Assembly: GCA_038060895.1 (NCBI GenBank) | Contig: JBBTCT010000018.1 | Span: 32,001 to 96,000, forward strand | Direction of reading: 5' to 3' | Length of the DNA: 64,000 nt | From: Planctomycetota bacterium | Lineage (GTDB): Bacteria > Planctomycetota > MHYJ01 > WSZJ01 | Part shown: piece after piece, positions 20,609-30,615 of the stretch | How the letters are laid out: each line of letters begins with the position of its first letter | Numbering within the stretch: the stretch's first letter is position 1 | Program-made: the position numbers and the translations under genes | The notes under the pieces: model-generated | The model's input: only the letters and a program-made list of their open reading frames with translations | Databases searched by the model: none | Told to the model about the DNA's origin: nothing

Positions 20609-21136
20609 TCAGGCGTCTTTCAGTTCCCTGGCTACTTCGGCTTCCCATTTCCTCCACGGGTCGAGGACGAGCGACTTCCTGAAGTGTTTTCTTGCGAGCC
20701 GGGGCATTCCCTCGCGCTTATAGGTCATTCCGATGTGGAAATGGGCGTCGGGGTCGTCGCGGTCGAGTTTGAGGACGGAGCGCAGCTTGATGCGTGCGCG
20801 CGGGTATTCGCCGCGGAGGTAATAGCCGAACGCGCTGAGGAATCGTTCGCGTTTTCGCTCGTCGAGCGCCCTCCTGCGCCGCCAGACGAGGATGCGAAGG
20901 AGGTCGAGGGTGGCATAGAGCCAGATGACGCCGGCTGCGACAGCGCAGCCGCGGGCGTCGACCCGGGTTCCGAGGGCGCCCAGGACCGGCGAAACTGCCG
21001 TGGCGTTGGCGAAGAACGTGAACCACACGAAGAACCAGAGGCCGCGGCCGATCCGGCCCAGGACGACATGGCCGACACCGGGGAGAACGAATCCCAGGCA
21101 GGCGGCGAGCTTGGTGGTTCTGGAAAAATCAGGCAT
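20609..21136 (-). CDS. Membrane protein with C-terminal TPR
   Basis: LPGVGH TM motif, 3 TMs, TPR (DAHFHIG..Y..G...A...F). Confidence 0.65.
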   Translation of the reverse strand: MPDFSRTTKLAACLGFVLPGVGHVVLGRIGRGLWFFVWFTFFANATAVSPVLGALGTRVDARGCAVAAGVIWLYATLDLLRILVWRRRRALDERKRERFLSAFGYYLRGEYPRARIKLRSVLKLDRDDPDAHFHIGMTYKREGMPRLARKHFRKSLVLDPWRKWEAEVARELKDA

Positions 21137-21161
21137 GACCGCCGCGATCCTCGCCCACGTG

Positions 21162-21920
21162 TTACTTCGACATGCGCATGGCGGGGATCGGGTCCGAGCC
21201 CGTGTACTGGCGCTCCCAGGACCGGATGTGGTCGATGCGAAGGGCTCGCTCCGCGACCTGGTAGTCCTCGCCCGTGATCGGAACGGCCTTCATCGGGGGG
21301 GTCACTCCCTGGCCGTTTTTCTTCGAAGGCGCCCAATCCTCCGTAAACAGCAGCGAGATGCGGTCGGTCGGCGCAAGCGCCGCGGTTCTCCCGGGAGGCG
21401 CCGTGTAGCGCTTTGTGTTGCCCGTGCTTCGGACCAGTTCCGGCGGCGCGTCGCCGACGGGAGCGGCCACTTCAACTCCCGCGCCGGTGGAAAGCCCGTA
21501 GTACTTCTTGAGCGCGTCCTGGACTTCCGCCTCAGGCGCGACCACGACCTTGACCTTCAGCCCGGTCGATTTCCTCACGTCCACCACGGCCGCGCGATTG
21601 AAGAAATTCGCCTTGGCAATGAACACGATCCCCGCGGCTTTCTCGACCGGTACGATTTCGTGCTTTTCCGCCAGTTCCTTCGAGACGCAGGCGATCACGT
21701 CCGCCGCGATGTTCAGCGAAGCGATCGATACGTGGGGAATCTGGTATGTGGCTGCCAGAAACCGGGCCAGCTCGCCCCGTGCGGGAGCGCCGGCGCCAAC
21801 CAGCGCGGCCAGGATGGGGGAGCCTTTACGCTCTTCCCCTGCGCGCGCAATGTCTTCAGCAAGAACGGCGCCTTCCTCGATCAGGATCTCGCCGACACGC
21901 TGAAGGTCTTCACCGGCCAT
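21162..21920 (-). CDS. Standalone MshEN/T2SSE_N domain protein (no ATPase)
   Basis: RVGEILIEEG...EDIARA; LA..YQIP.VSI, ELAEKHEIVP, TGLKVKVVVA. Confidence 0.75.
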   Translation of the reverse strand: MAGEDLQRVGEILIEEGAVLAEDIARAGEERKGSPILAALVGAGAPARGELARFLAATYQIPHVSIASLNIAADVIACVSKELAEKHEIVPVEKAAGIVFIAKANFFNRAAVVDVRKSTGLKVKVVVAPEAEVQDALKKYYGLSTGAGVEVAAPVGDAPPELVRSTGNTKRYTAPPGRTAALAPTDRISLLFTEDWAPSKKNGQGVTPPMKAVPITGEDYQVAERALRIDHIRSWERQYTGSDPIPAMRMSK

Positions 21921-22063
21921 GTGCTTCTCCGGGAGTGGGTTCGTGGAGAGCCTGATTATAAGGGGAAGCGAGCGGACCTTCCAATTCAAATCGAAGTTCA
22001 ACCCGCCAGCAGGGCCCCGCCAGGCCCTGAATCTCTCTCGCCTCGGAAGTCATTGTCCTTCTG

Positions 22064-22180
22064 AAGTTTGCGAGTACGCGGGGTGTGGATCGCGGGGGCG
22101 CAGGGGAGCCGGGCCGGAGCCGTTCCCGGCCCGTGCGACCCGGAGCCCCCGCGATCCACACCCCGCGTACTCGCAAACTT
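22064..22180. repeat. Long inverted repeat (36-bp perfect arms plus inner stem)
   Basis: 22064-22099 vs 22145-22180; inner CGGGCCGG/CCGGCCCG. Confidence 0.9.
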
Positions 22181-22330
22181 GACCGGCCCCTCCCGCCGCT
22201 GCTAGCATTTCCCGAGCGTCGTGCCGAGCCGCGCCCGGGGCGGAGGTGAACGGCAGACGCAGACCGGGCGGGGCGCGCCCCCTTCCCGGCCGACAGGCCT
22301 GCTCCCTGGCGTCCGACAACTGGAGGATGC

Positions 22331-23353
22331 ATGCCGGATCTCACCTGGGACGTTCAGAAAGTCAATCAGCAGGCCGCCGTCATCATTCTGTCCGGCTCCA
22401 TCGATGCCAAGACGGTCCCGTCCTTCCAGGAACAGATGAACAAGGTCAAGGATGACGGGGTCATCAAGTTCGTCCTCGACATGGAAGCCATCAAGTACGT
22501 GAACTCGACGGGCCTCGGGTTCCTCGTCAACCTCGCCGATTCGCTCGACCCGCGCGGCGGCGGCATCGCCCTCGTCAAGCTCCACCCGAAGGTCAAAGTC
22601 GTTTTCGACATGCTCGGGCTCAATGCGTTCTTCAAGATCTTCGGCAGCCGCAACGACGCCGTCGCTTCCATGACGGGCGCGGGCAAGAAAGAAACCGTGG
22701 AGTCCGCCCCTGCCCCCGTCGCCACTGCAACCGCGCCGCTGCCCCCGTCACAGCCGCAACCCGCCACGCTGGCGCGCGGAACAACGCAGTCCTTCGCCCC
22801 CGTCCCCCAGGGCGAGGAAGTCGCCGTCTCCGGGCAGCAGCTCGAGTGCGCTTCCTGCAAGGCCACCCTCCTCGTTCCCGAGCCCGGCAACTACAAGTGC
22901 CCCCGCTGCAGCGCGATCTTCACCTATACGCGCGACGGCAAGGCCAACTTCCTCCCGCGCCGCCGCCTCACCCCGATCCAGATGACCCTGACCTGCTCGC
23001 CCGAGTGCACCGAGGGACTCGTGACAATGGCGGGGCTGCTCGCAAAGCGCGCCGGGTTCAACGACGGCCTGGCGAAATCCATGGAAGCGAGCGTCCGGGA
23101 ATCCGCTTCCACGATCTGCGACAAGGCGTACGGTTCGAACGAGCAGGCGACGTACCAGGTGCTGATGGTTGCGAGCGACAACGAGGTGTCGATCAAGTTC
23201 AGCGACTACGGCAAGAAGATCGAAGCGGACATGCGCGACGCGAGCGGGAAGTCGGTGTTCACCGTGACGCGGCAGTCGATGGACGTGTTCGACCTGAAGG
23301 CGCATCCGAAGGGCGGGAACATCCTGACCTTGAGCAAGAGAGCGAGCGCTTAA
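22331..23353 (+). CDS. STAS - Zn ribbon - degenerate RsbW/HATPase fusion protein
   Basis: LSGSIDA, LDMEAIKYVNSTGLG; CASC...CPRC; C-terminal SDYG, MD, GGNILTLSK. Confidence 0.8.
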   Translation: MPDLTWDVQKVNQQAAVIILSGSIDAKTVPSFQEQMNKVKDDGVIKFVLDMEAIKYVNSTGLGFLVNLADSLDPRGGGIALVKLHPKVKVVFDMLGLNAFFKIFGSRNDAVASMTGAGKKETVESAPAPVATATAPLPPSQPQPATLARGTTQSFAPVPQGEEVAVSGQQLECASCKATLLVPEPGNYKCPRCSAIFTYTRDGKANFLPRRRLTPIQMTLTCSPECTEGLVTMAGLLAKRAGFNDGLAKSMEASVRESASTICDKAYGSNEQATYQVLMVASDNEVSIKFSDYGKKIEADMRDASGKSVFTVTRQSMDVFDLKAHPKGGNILTLSKRASA

Positions 23354-23380
23354 GGCGGGACGGGAGTCGGGAGAAACGAC

Positions 23381-23411
23381 AAGGACCTGCGGAAACGCGG
23401 GTCCTTTTTTT
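23381..23411 (+). terminator. Intrinsic terminator
   Basis: AAGGACCTGCG-GAAA-CGCGGGTCCTT plus T tract. Confidence 0.8.
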
Positions 23412-23418
23412 CGGCGCG

Positions 23419-25125
23419 CTACGCCCGAAGGTCGCGAATCGCCTGGAGCGTGAGCAGGACGCCGATCAGGACGATGAGTGCGCTTGACGCGACGGCGAGG
23501 CGTCGCAGCCACGGCCCGCTGGCCTCCATCCGGGCGGCCATGTACTTCTTGGCGGAAATCAACAGGACGCCGATCACGGTGAGGACGCCGCCCAGGCCGA
23601 GTGAGAACGCAGTGAGGAGGATCAATCCCCACCCGACGCGCTGCACGGACAGGGAGAGGACGAGGATGAGGATGCCGGCGGGGCAGGGGACCATGCCGCC
23701 CAGGATGCCGGTGGTGATGAGGTCCCACGCGGTGATTCCCGGGGCATCGAGGGGCTGAAGGGTCTCGATGGCGTCCGCATTGCCGGCTTCGGTTTCGCGA
23801 GTTTCCGTGGCCACCGCGTGGCCGGAATGATCGTGAGTGTGGCCGTGTCCGTGGTCATGATCGTGTGAATGAGCGTGATCGTGTCCGTGGTCGTGCGCGT
23901 GGACCAGCCCGTGCAGGTGGTCGTCCCCGTGCGAGTGACCGTGCCCGGGGAGATGCGTATGCCCGCCCGGACCGTGTGCGTGACCGAGGCCGAAGCGCCA
24001 GCGGGAGTAGAAGAGCCACGATCCCATGCCGATGATCGTGATGCCGCTGAAGAGCGAGATCCACCTGGCGACTCCTTCGTCGCTGACTTTCCAGAACAGG
24101 AGGGCGAGCCCGACGGCGAGCACAACGCCGACGTGCGCCAGCGTGACCGTCAAGCCGAGCAGGAGCGCGTGACTGAGCCGGCCGTGTGAACCGACGAGGT
24201 ACGCCGCGACGAGGGTTTTCCCGTGCCCGGGGCCGATCGCGTGCGCGGCGCCATAGCCGAACGCGATCAGGATCATGATGAGTGCAAGCCCGATCGGCGG
24301 CGACGCGTCTCCTTTGATGAACGCACGGATCCGGTCGTCCCAGGCGCGATTCAGTTTTTCGAACCATCCACGCGGCGGTGGCCGGTCTGACAGCTGTCCG
24401 GTCGTCATGTCCACCCACTTGCCGTCGGTCGTGAAGAAGTCCCCCGGCCGATCCAGCGTCCCGGGAACCTCAAACCAGAGCGGGAAAATGAACCCCCGGG
24501 CCATCGGCGCATTCCGGCCCGTCCCCACCGTCGCGAACGATTCCGTCGAGCCCGGCGGCTGGCCGATCGCGATGTTGCCTTCGCGGATCACCCGGCCGAC
24601 AAGCAGCGTGGCGTAGCGAAGCGGGTTGCTGTACGTCAGGATCGCGACGTACTTCTTCCCCGGGACGGGAGTGAAGTCCTTGACCGTCCATTGGAAATTC
24701 ATTTTCACGCGGCCATCCGTGGTGGTGCGGTCCCCCCCGATGTCCGCGGCCTCCTTCTCGAGCTTCATGGAGCACACCGCAGCCTTGCCGTCGTCCCCTT
24801 CGATTTCGAGCAACAGGCCGTACTCGTTGACCAGTGCTCGGGTTCCAGCGAGGACCAGCGCCAGTTCTTCATCCGAAATCGACTTGTCCTGCGACTCGTC
24901 CGCCACCTGGCGCCATTCGAGCGCCGAGAGATCCGTGAACTGCATCCAGAGGTCCACCAGCAGCTTGTCGTGGTGGATCTGCAATTCCACCGACGTCGAG
25001 AACCCCTTCACCCGCGGGTCCGTCAGGTCGTGCGCCCACATTTCTTCCGTGCGGACATCCGCGGGATCCGACTCGGCCGAGACCGGGCCGGCGAGGGCGC
25101 ACAACAACAGGAGAAGGCGCTTCAC
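23419..25125 (-). CDS. RcnA/HoxN-type Ni/Co transporter with N-terminal extracytoplasmic domain and His-rich loop
   Basis: HAIGPGHGKT, TLAH, long His tract, GGMVPCP, FSLGL; signal peptide. Confidence 0.88.
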   Translation of the reverse strand: MKRLLLLLCALAGPVSAESDPADVRTEEMWAHDLTDPRVKGFSTSVELQIHHDKLLVDLWMQFTDLSALEWRQVADESQDKSISDEELALVLAGTRALVNEYGLLLEIEGDDGKAAVCSMKLEKEAADIGGDRTTTDGRVKMNFQWTVKDFTPVPGKKYVAILTYSNPLRYATLLVGRVIREGNIAIGQPPGSTESFATVGTGRNAPMARGFIFPLWFEVPGTLDRPGDFFTTDGKWVDMTTGQLSDRPPPRGWFEKLNRAWDDRIRAFIKGDASPPIGLALIMILIAFGYGAAHAIGPGHGKTLVAAYLVGSHGRLSHALLLGLTVTLAHVGVVLAVGLALLFWKVSDEGVARWISLFSGITIIGMGSWLFYSRWRFGLGHAHGPGGHTHLPGHGHSHGDDHLHGLVHAHDHGHDHAHSHDHDHGHGHTHDHSGHAVATETRETEAGNADAIETLQPLDAPGITAWDLITTGILGGMVPCPAGILILVLSLSVQRVGWGLILLTAFSLGLGGVLTVIGVLLISAKKYMAARMEASGPWLRRLAVASSALIVLIGVLLTLQAIRDLRA

Positions 25126-25214
25126 AATCGCGAGTATCGTCCGAACCCTGCCACCGGGCAAGCGCAGCCCGGATTCCTCTCGACTTGCCCCGGACGCTCG
25201 GGTAAATTCCCTGC

Positions 25215-25451
25215 ATGATCACGCTCGTCGGGATTTTCGGACTGGGCGGCACCGAAATGGTCGTCATCTTCGGGCTCGCCGTCCTGCTTTTCGGCGCCGC
25301 CAAGCTCCCTCAGCTTGCCCGAAGCATGGGCAAGAGCATCAACGAGTTCAAGAAGGGGATGTCCGAGGGAGGTAAGGAAGAAGAGGGCGAAAAGAAGGAC
25401 GAGGACGCGCCCCGGAAGAGCGAAGAAGCCCCCTCGGGGAAGAAGGAATAG
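25215..25451 (+). CDS. tatA: Twin-arginine translocase TatA
   Basis: GLGGTE...LLFGAAKLPQLARSMGKSINEFKKG. Confidence 0.95.
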   Translation: MITLVGIFGLGGTEMVVIFGLAVLLFGAAKLPQLARSMGKSINEFKKGMSEGGKEEEGEKKDEDAPRKSEEAPSGKKE

Positions 25452-25578
25452 GACCGATTCGCGGCTGGCATTCGCCGCCGCGCGGACCTTGGATGCAGTC
25501 ACGCCATTCAGCGGCTTGTGCGCTTCCGCCACCACGGCGGATCAGAGGTTCGCGTTGCCCTGATGGGGGCTCGGCCTG

Positions 25579-26649
25579 ATGGAAATCGCGCTTCTCACCC
25601 GCAAGCTGGACGTGCGCGGCTCGACGATCTACACGCTGAATCTCGCGACGCAGCTCGTGGCGCGCGGCCACGGCGTCCGGCTGATCTGCGGGGGCGGGAG
25701 GCTGCTGCCAGATTTCGAGCGGGGGGGCGTGCCGGTCGTGTTGTTCCCCGGGCTGGGGGACTCAACGGACCTGTTTCTCACGCGGAAAATCGCGCGCAAG
25801 ATCCGCGAAAAGCCGCCGGCCCTCCTCCACGTCATGAGCCCCGCCGCCGCGTCTACAGGCGCTTCTGTCGCAAAGGCCGTTGGCATCCCGTATTTCATCA
25901 GCGTGCACTCGCCGCTCGAGCAGGTGCGGATGGCGACGAGTTCGAAGTACCTGCGCGGCGTCCTGGTGGCGAGCGAGTCGGTGCGCGAAAGCCTGGTCAA
26001 CGAGACGCGGGTAAGGAAGGACCTGATCCGCGTGGTGCTGCCGGGGGTGGACGTGAAGCGTCTGAAAGAGACGCCGCCGTTCTCTTCGGAGGGCGCGCCG
26101 GTGGTCGGGATTCTAGGGCCGCTGGAGACCGTGCGAGGGCACGACACGTTTCTGGAAGCGGCGAAGGTGATCCTCGTGTCGCATCCCGAGGTGCAATTCC
26201 TCGTGATCGGCGAAGGGCCGGAGGAGGAACGGCTGCGCAAGAAAACGGAGGAGCTCGGGATCCGCAAGAACGTCACGTTTCACGCCGACCCGGACAATTA
26301 CTTTACCGTGCTCTCGGGAGTGGACATCTTCCTGATGCCGTTCCTTCAGATCGGGCTCGGCAACACCGTGCTCGAGGCGATGGCGTGTGGCAAGCCGGTG
26401 GTCGCCAGCAGCGTCGGGGGCGTGTTCTACGTCATCAAGGAGAACGAGACCGGCCTCCTTCGCCCCAAGAACGACCCGCCTGCGTTCGCGGAGGCCGTGT
26501 GCGCCCTTCTCAGGGACCGCGACAAGGCGCGCCGCATCGGCCACGCCGCTCGCCTCCACGTCGAACAGAATTTCACCGCCGAGCGCATGGCCGCCGAGAC
26601 GCTCGAGGCCTACCAGCGCGCGCTGGAGTCCGCCGCCCCGAATGGATAG
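25579..26649 (+). CDS. GT4 family glycosyltransferase
   Basis: GLGNTVLEAMACGKPVVASSVGG, ETGLL. Confidence 0.92.
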   Translation: MEIALLTRKLDVRGSTIYTLNLATQLVARGHGVRLICGGGRLLPDFERGGVPVVLFPGLGDSTDLFLTRKIARKIREKPPALLHVMSPAAASTGASVAKAVGIPYFISVHSPLEQVRMATSSKYLRGVLVASESVRESLVNETRVRKDLIRVVLPGVDVKRLKETPPFSSEGAPVVGILGPLETVRGHDTFLEAAKVILVSHPEVQFLVIGEGPEEERLRKKTEELGIRKNVTFHADPDNYFTVLSGVDIFLMPFLQIGLGNTVLEAMACGKPVVASSVGGVFYVIKENETGLLRPKNDPPAFAEAVCALLRDRDKARRIGHAARLHVEQNFTAERMAAETLEAYQRALESAAPNG

Positions 26650-27607
26650 CCGGGACTGCTCCGTGATCGTCGTCTCGTGGAACACGCGCGAGCTTCTGGA
26701 AGCGTGCCTGGCGAGCGTGCGGTCAAAGGCGGCGGGGGCGGAGATCGTCGTGGTAGACAATGCCAGCGAAGACAAGTCCGCCGAAATGGTGCGCGACCGG
26801 TTTCCGGAAGCGGCGCTCGTCGCCAACCCTTCGAATCGCGGATTCGCGCGGGCCGTAAATCAGGGGATTGCGCTGTCGAAACGGCCCGTAGTCCTGCTGC
26901 TGAATCCCGACGCGACGCTCACCGAAGGAGCGGTTGACGAACTGCTCCGCGCGATGGACGCGGACCCGAAAATAGGAATCGCCGGCGCGCAGCTCCTCGA
27001 CGAGGACGGCGAACGCCAGCACTCGTTCGACGGCTTCCCCTCGCTGGCGACCGAGTGCCTCAACAAGTGGCTCCTCCGCACCCTCTTCCCGGGCCGCTTC
27101 CCCGGCAAGCGCCTCGCGTTCGACGCCGTCACCGACGTCGACAGCGTCATCGGCGCCTGCCTCGCCGTTCGCCGCTCCACCATCGATCGCGTCGGCGCGC
27201 TCGACGAGCGCTTCTTCGTTTTCCTCGAGGAGACCGACTGGTGCCTGCGCATGAAGCGCGCGGGGCTCCGGGTGGTCCACGTCCCGGCGTCGCGCGTCGT
27301 GCACCTCCAGGGGAAATCGAAAGCCCGGCGCCCTGTTCTCGCGCGCATCGAGTACCTCCGCTCCCTCTTCATCTATTTCCGCAAGAACTCCGGCGCCGTG
27401 GCCTGGCTCGTTCTCCACGCCGCGCGTTTCTTGAAATCCGCCGTCAACGCCCTATTCTGCGGAATAGCCATGCTCCTCACCCTCGGCCTCGTCCCGTCGC
27501 TTCGCCGCCGCTGCGCGATCCACGCCGGCCTTTTCGGCTGGCAGATCCTCGGCTGCCCGCGCTTCATCGGCCTTCAGCCCCCCGACCTGCCCGAGGCCGT
27601 CCGATGA
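26642..27607 (+). CDS. GT2 family glycosyltransferase (WbbL-like)
   Basis: SVIVVSWN, VVDNASED, NRGFARAVNQG, LLNPD, EETDWC. Confidence 0.92.
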   Translation: MDSRDCSVIVVSWNTRELLEACLASVRSKAAGAEIVVVDNASEDKSAEMVRDRFPEAALVANPSNRGFARAVNQGIALSKRPVVLLLNPDATLTEGAVDELLRAMDADPKIGIAGAQLLDEDGERQHSFDGFPSLATECLNKWLLRTLFPGRFPGKRLAFDAVTDVDSVIGACLAVRRSTIDRVGALDERFFVFLEETDWCLRMKRAGLRVVHVPASRVVHLQGKSKARRPVLARIEYLRSLFIYFRKNSGAVAWLVLHAARFLKSAVNALFCGIAMLLTLGLVPSLRRRCAIHAGLFGWQILGCPRFIGLQPPDLPEAVR

Positions 27608-29037
27608 GCGGCAGCATCGACCTGGATGTCGCCGGCGCCCGGTGGACGGTGGATCCGTCCGACCCGGAGGCGGCGCAGCCGGCCTTCCTCCAGAAAGTCG
27701 CGGACGGCACCGGCGACCTGCTGAAGGAAGTTCGGATCAAGCGCCTCCTTCGAATCCGCTCGGCGAGCGGGCGTCCCTACCTCGTGAAACACTACCGCGG
27801 ACGCTCCTTCGTAGATTCCCTCAAGAACTTCTGGCGCGGCTCCGCGGCGTTCGAGGAATACGAACTGGTGCTGGAGGCGCTGAAGCGCGGGATCCCGACG
27901 ATCGCGCCGGCGTTCTTCGGCGAACGCGGGCACGACTCCTGGATCGGATTCCCCGAATTGCTCGAACTCATCCCCGCCGACAAGTACCTCCGCGGGCAGC
28001 GCAACGATATCCCTTCGGCAGGGGAACCGCGCAAACGCCTCGTCCGCGCGTACGGGCGATTCGCCCGCCGCGTGCACGACCTCGGGCTGGACCAGGACGA
28101 CTTTGACCCCAACAACGTGATGTTCCGCGTCACACCCGACGGGGCGCCGCACTTCGTCATCGTGGACTTCGAACGCGCGTCGTTCGCGGCCCCGGACCTG
28201 GCGCGCCGCGTGTGGCTCCTCGCGAAGATGAACCGCTTCGACGGCGCTTCCATGACTGACCGGCTTCGCTTCCTCGCCGGTTATTGCGAGGGCGCCCCGC
28301 GGATGCACCTGAAGGGGACCGCCTCGTCGATTCTGTCCGAGCATCGCAAGGTGCTGCTGCGCGATCTGTCGCGCGGCTCACGCAACGCTACCGAGGAATC
28401 ACGCAACATCGGCCGCATCGAGACCGGCTATTTCCGGAAGAAGATCGGCCGCGAGTCCGGCGACGGGCTGAACGAAGAAACGGCACGCGGTCTCGCGCAG
28501 GTCGCCCCGGGACTGTTCGGGGAGCCGTTCGCCATCGCTCCGACGGGCGCCCGCATCGTCCGCGTCGAGGCAGGCAAGGAAGGCGAACTCTGGCGTGCCG
28601 CCAACGCCTGCCTTCGCGCCGGGTTGCCCGTGCTCCCGCCCCTCGCTCACGGCGCCGGCTGGATCGCCTTCGCCGGGCTGGGGCGCGACCTTCCGGATTT
28701 CCTTGGCGGCCATCGCGGCCGTCCTGAATTCGGTCAAGCCCTCGAACAGCTGGGCCGCTCCTTCGGCCGCTTCGAAACCCTGGGACTCGACGTCCCGGGC
28801 CCATTCCCCCCGGACCCGCTCACCATCTTCGTTCACGACGGCCGGGTGCTCTTTACCTGCCTCGGCCCCCTGGGAGAACCCGCAGGCAGCACGAGGACTG
28901 GCGTGGAAGAGCGGCTCGCGGCCGTCACCGCCCCCCTGCGAAAGCGGTTCGACCTGACGCGCGCCGACGAAGAGCGCTTCGTGGAGGGCCTGCGCCGCGC
29001 AGGCGGACACACCGGTGTTTCCCGGAAGCCTCACTGA
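27604..29037 (+). CDS. LPS kinase-like protein (Kdo/WaaP/InaA family)
   Basis: YLVKHY, HDLG..QDDFDPNNV, VDFE; follows glycosyltransferases. Confidence 0.72.
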   Translation: MSGSIDLDVAGARWTVDPSDPEAAQPAFLQKVADGTGDLLKEVRIKRLLRIRSASGRPYLVKHYRGRSFVDSLKNFWRGSAAFEEYELVLEALKRGIPTIAPAFFGERGHDSWIGFPELLELIPADKYLRGQRNDIPSAGEPRKRLVRAYGRFARRVHDLGLDQDDFDPNNVMFRVTPDGAPHFVIVDFERASFAAPDLARRVWLLAKMNRFDGASMTDRLRFLAGYCEGAPRMHLKGTASSILSEHRKVLLRDLSRGSRNATEESRNIGRIETGYFRKKIGRESGDGLNEETARGLAQVAPGLFGEPFAIAPTGARIVRVEAGKEGELWRAANACLRAGLPVLPPLAHGAGWIAFAGLGRDLPDFLGGHRGRPEFGQALEQLGRSFGRFETLGLDVPGPFPPDPLTIFVHDGRVLFTCLGPLGEPAGSTRTGVEERLAAVTAPLRKRFDLTRADEERFVEGLRRAGGHTGVSRKPH

Positions 29038-29126
29038 GGGTGGGCGGGATTCTCCGAACTCGCTTCTTCCGGCGAGCGATACAATCTTGCGACGCGTGAG
29101 CCGTGCGACTAGTATTCGCGCCGCTT

Positions 29127-29199
29127 GCTGGGCTAGCTCAATTGGCAGAGCCCGTGTTTTGTAAACACGAGGTTGCGGGTTCAAGTCCCGCGCCCAGCT
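29127..29199 (+). tRNA. tRNA-Thr(UGU)
   Basis: GCTGGGC/GCCCAGC acceptor stem, anticodon loop TT-TGT-AA, GTTCAAGTC T loop. Confidence 0.96.
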
Positions 29200-29200
29200 T
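29156..29200 (+). repeat. attL core
   Basis: GTTTTGTAAACACGAGGTTGCGGGTTCAAGTCCCGCGCCCAGCTT. Confidence 0.93.
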
Positions 29201-29263
29201 AGACTTACGTCAATTTGGTTCTCCCGGCACCGTCCTAGGCACCGTTCATGCCTCCGATTCCGC

Positions 29264-30421
29264 CTAAACCGCCTTGCTCTCCGTGGCACCGTCCGAGCCG
29301 GGGGACAGGTTGAGAACCTCGCTCAGGCCTTGAATCGCACGGAGAGCATTTGACGGGTGCGCGTGCGCGTAGTGCCGAGCCGTCACGCGGACGTCGGAGT
29401 GCCCGAGGACCCGGGAGATATCGAGAATCGGCGTTCCCTTCATGGCGAGCAAGGTCCCCGTAGTGTGCCGGAGAACGTGCGTTCCGATATGGCCCCGCTT
29501 CTCCGCCGGGATCGCATCGCCCGCGCCCCGAACCGCCCGCTTGAGTGCCCGCTTGACCGCTTCGCCAGTCAGGGGCCGACCGTCCCTCTGCCGGAGAATC
29601 GGTGACGTCGTTTCGTCCAACGGAGCCGGAGAGGTCGCGCGTAGATTGCTCAGGACCGCGTGAGCGTCGGGGGTCAGGGGGATTTCCCGAGCCCGGGAAG
29701 TCTTGGCGGTCTTGGCGACAATAACAAGCGACCGGCGGGACAGGTCAACGGCACCCCAGGTCAATCCGAGAAGCTCGCCCCGGCGGGCTCCGGTCGAAAC
29801 CGCGACCACGAGGAACGGCTTGAACCAGTCCTCCGCCGCGTTGACGAGCGCCCGAACCTCGGCGGGCTCTAGGTAGAGTTGCCGCTCCCTGCCCGCTTCC
29901 GAGAAGCGAGGAATCCGGCGGACCGGGTTTCCTTCGACGAGCGACCGACGTTCGGCCCACTTGAAGAACGTGCTAAGAACCGAGAGGTAACGATTCATGC
30001 TCGCCCCGCTCGTGCCCGCCTTCAACCGAGCATCGCACCACTTTTCGAGGTCGGCGCTCGTCACGGCGGAGAGGTTCTTCCCGCCCCAAGATTCGCGGAG
30101 CATGAAGTCGAACTTGTCCGAGTGCCCTTTGTGGGTAGACGGCTTGAGCCGCGGGCCGACCGCTTCAAGGAACATCGGCGCGGCTTCCCGAAGGGTCAGG
30201 GTTGAGCCCGTTACTTCGTTGAAAATCCGCCCGAGCGTCTCGTCGAGTCCCGCTCCCTCGGCGAGCAGGGATTCAATCGCGGCGAGTTTCCGCGTTGCGT
30301 GAGCCCGCGTTGGCCCCGCGTTCCGCATGATTTCCCGCCCCTCAGCGTGGAACACAACGTAGTACCCCGGCCTTCCGGCACGTCGCTTGACCTGTCCGAA
30401 GTCGCGTCGAGACTGACTCAT
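29264..30421 (-). CDS. Tyrosine integrase
   Basis: TGARRGE, KT, HVLRH, LGHS, ARHY catalytic motifs. Confidence 0.95.
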   Translation of the reverse strand: MSQSRRDFGQVKRRAGRPGYYVVFHAEGREIMRNAGPTRAHATRKLAAIESLLAEGAGLDETLGRIFNEVTGSTLTLREAAPMFLEAVGPRLKPSTHKGHSDKFDFMLRESWGGKNLSAVTSADLEKWCDARLKAGTSGASMNRYLSVLSTFFKWAERRSLVEGNPVRRIPRFSEAGRERQLYLEPAEVRALVNAAEDWFKPFLVVAVSTGARRGELLGLTWGAVDLSRRSLVIVAKTAKTSRAREIPLTPDAHAVLSNLRATSPAPLDETTSPILRQRDGRPLTGEAVKRALKRAVRGAGDAIPAEKRGHIGTHVLRHTTGTLLAMKGTPILDISRVLGHSDVRVTARHYAHAHPSNALRAIQGLSEVLNLSPGSDGATESKAV

Positions 30422-30615
30422 GCCTTGCCCCCTTTCCGCTGAGCGCCCGAACCGCCCTCGCGCGTGGCGAGGTAATCGGAGAGCGCAATCCTCAGAAAAT
30501 CACTCAACCCCCGGCGATCCGCTTCCGCCGCCTTTTCGAGCGCGGCGCGAAGCTCCGTCGGAACGCGAACGACGAGCGTTTCACTCATCCCCTTCTCCTC
30601 CGGTTTGTGTTTCAT
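30418..30615 (-). CDS. Ribbon-helix-helix DNA-binding protein
   Basis: TLVVRVPTELRAALEKAA....LSDFLR. Confidence 0.75.
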   Translation of the reverse strand: MKHKPEEKGMSETLVVRVPTELRAALEKAAEADRRGLSDFLRIALSDYLATREGGSGAQRKGGKA

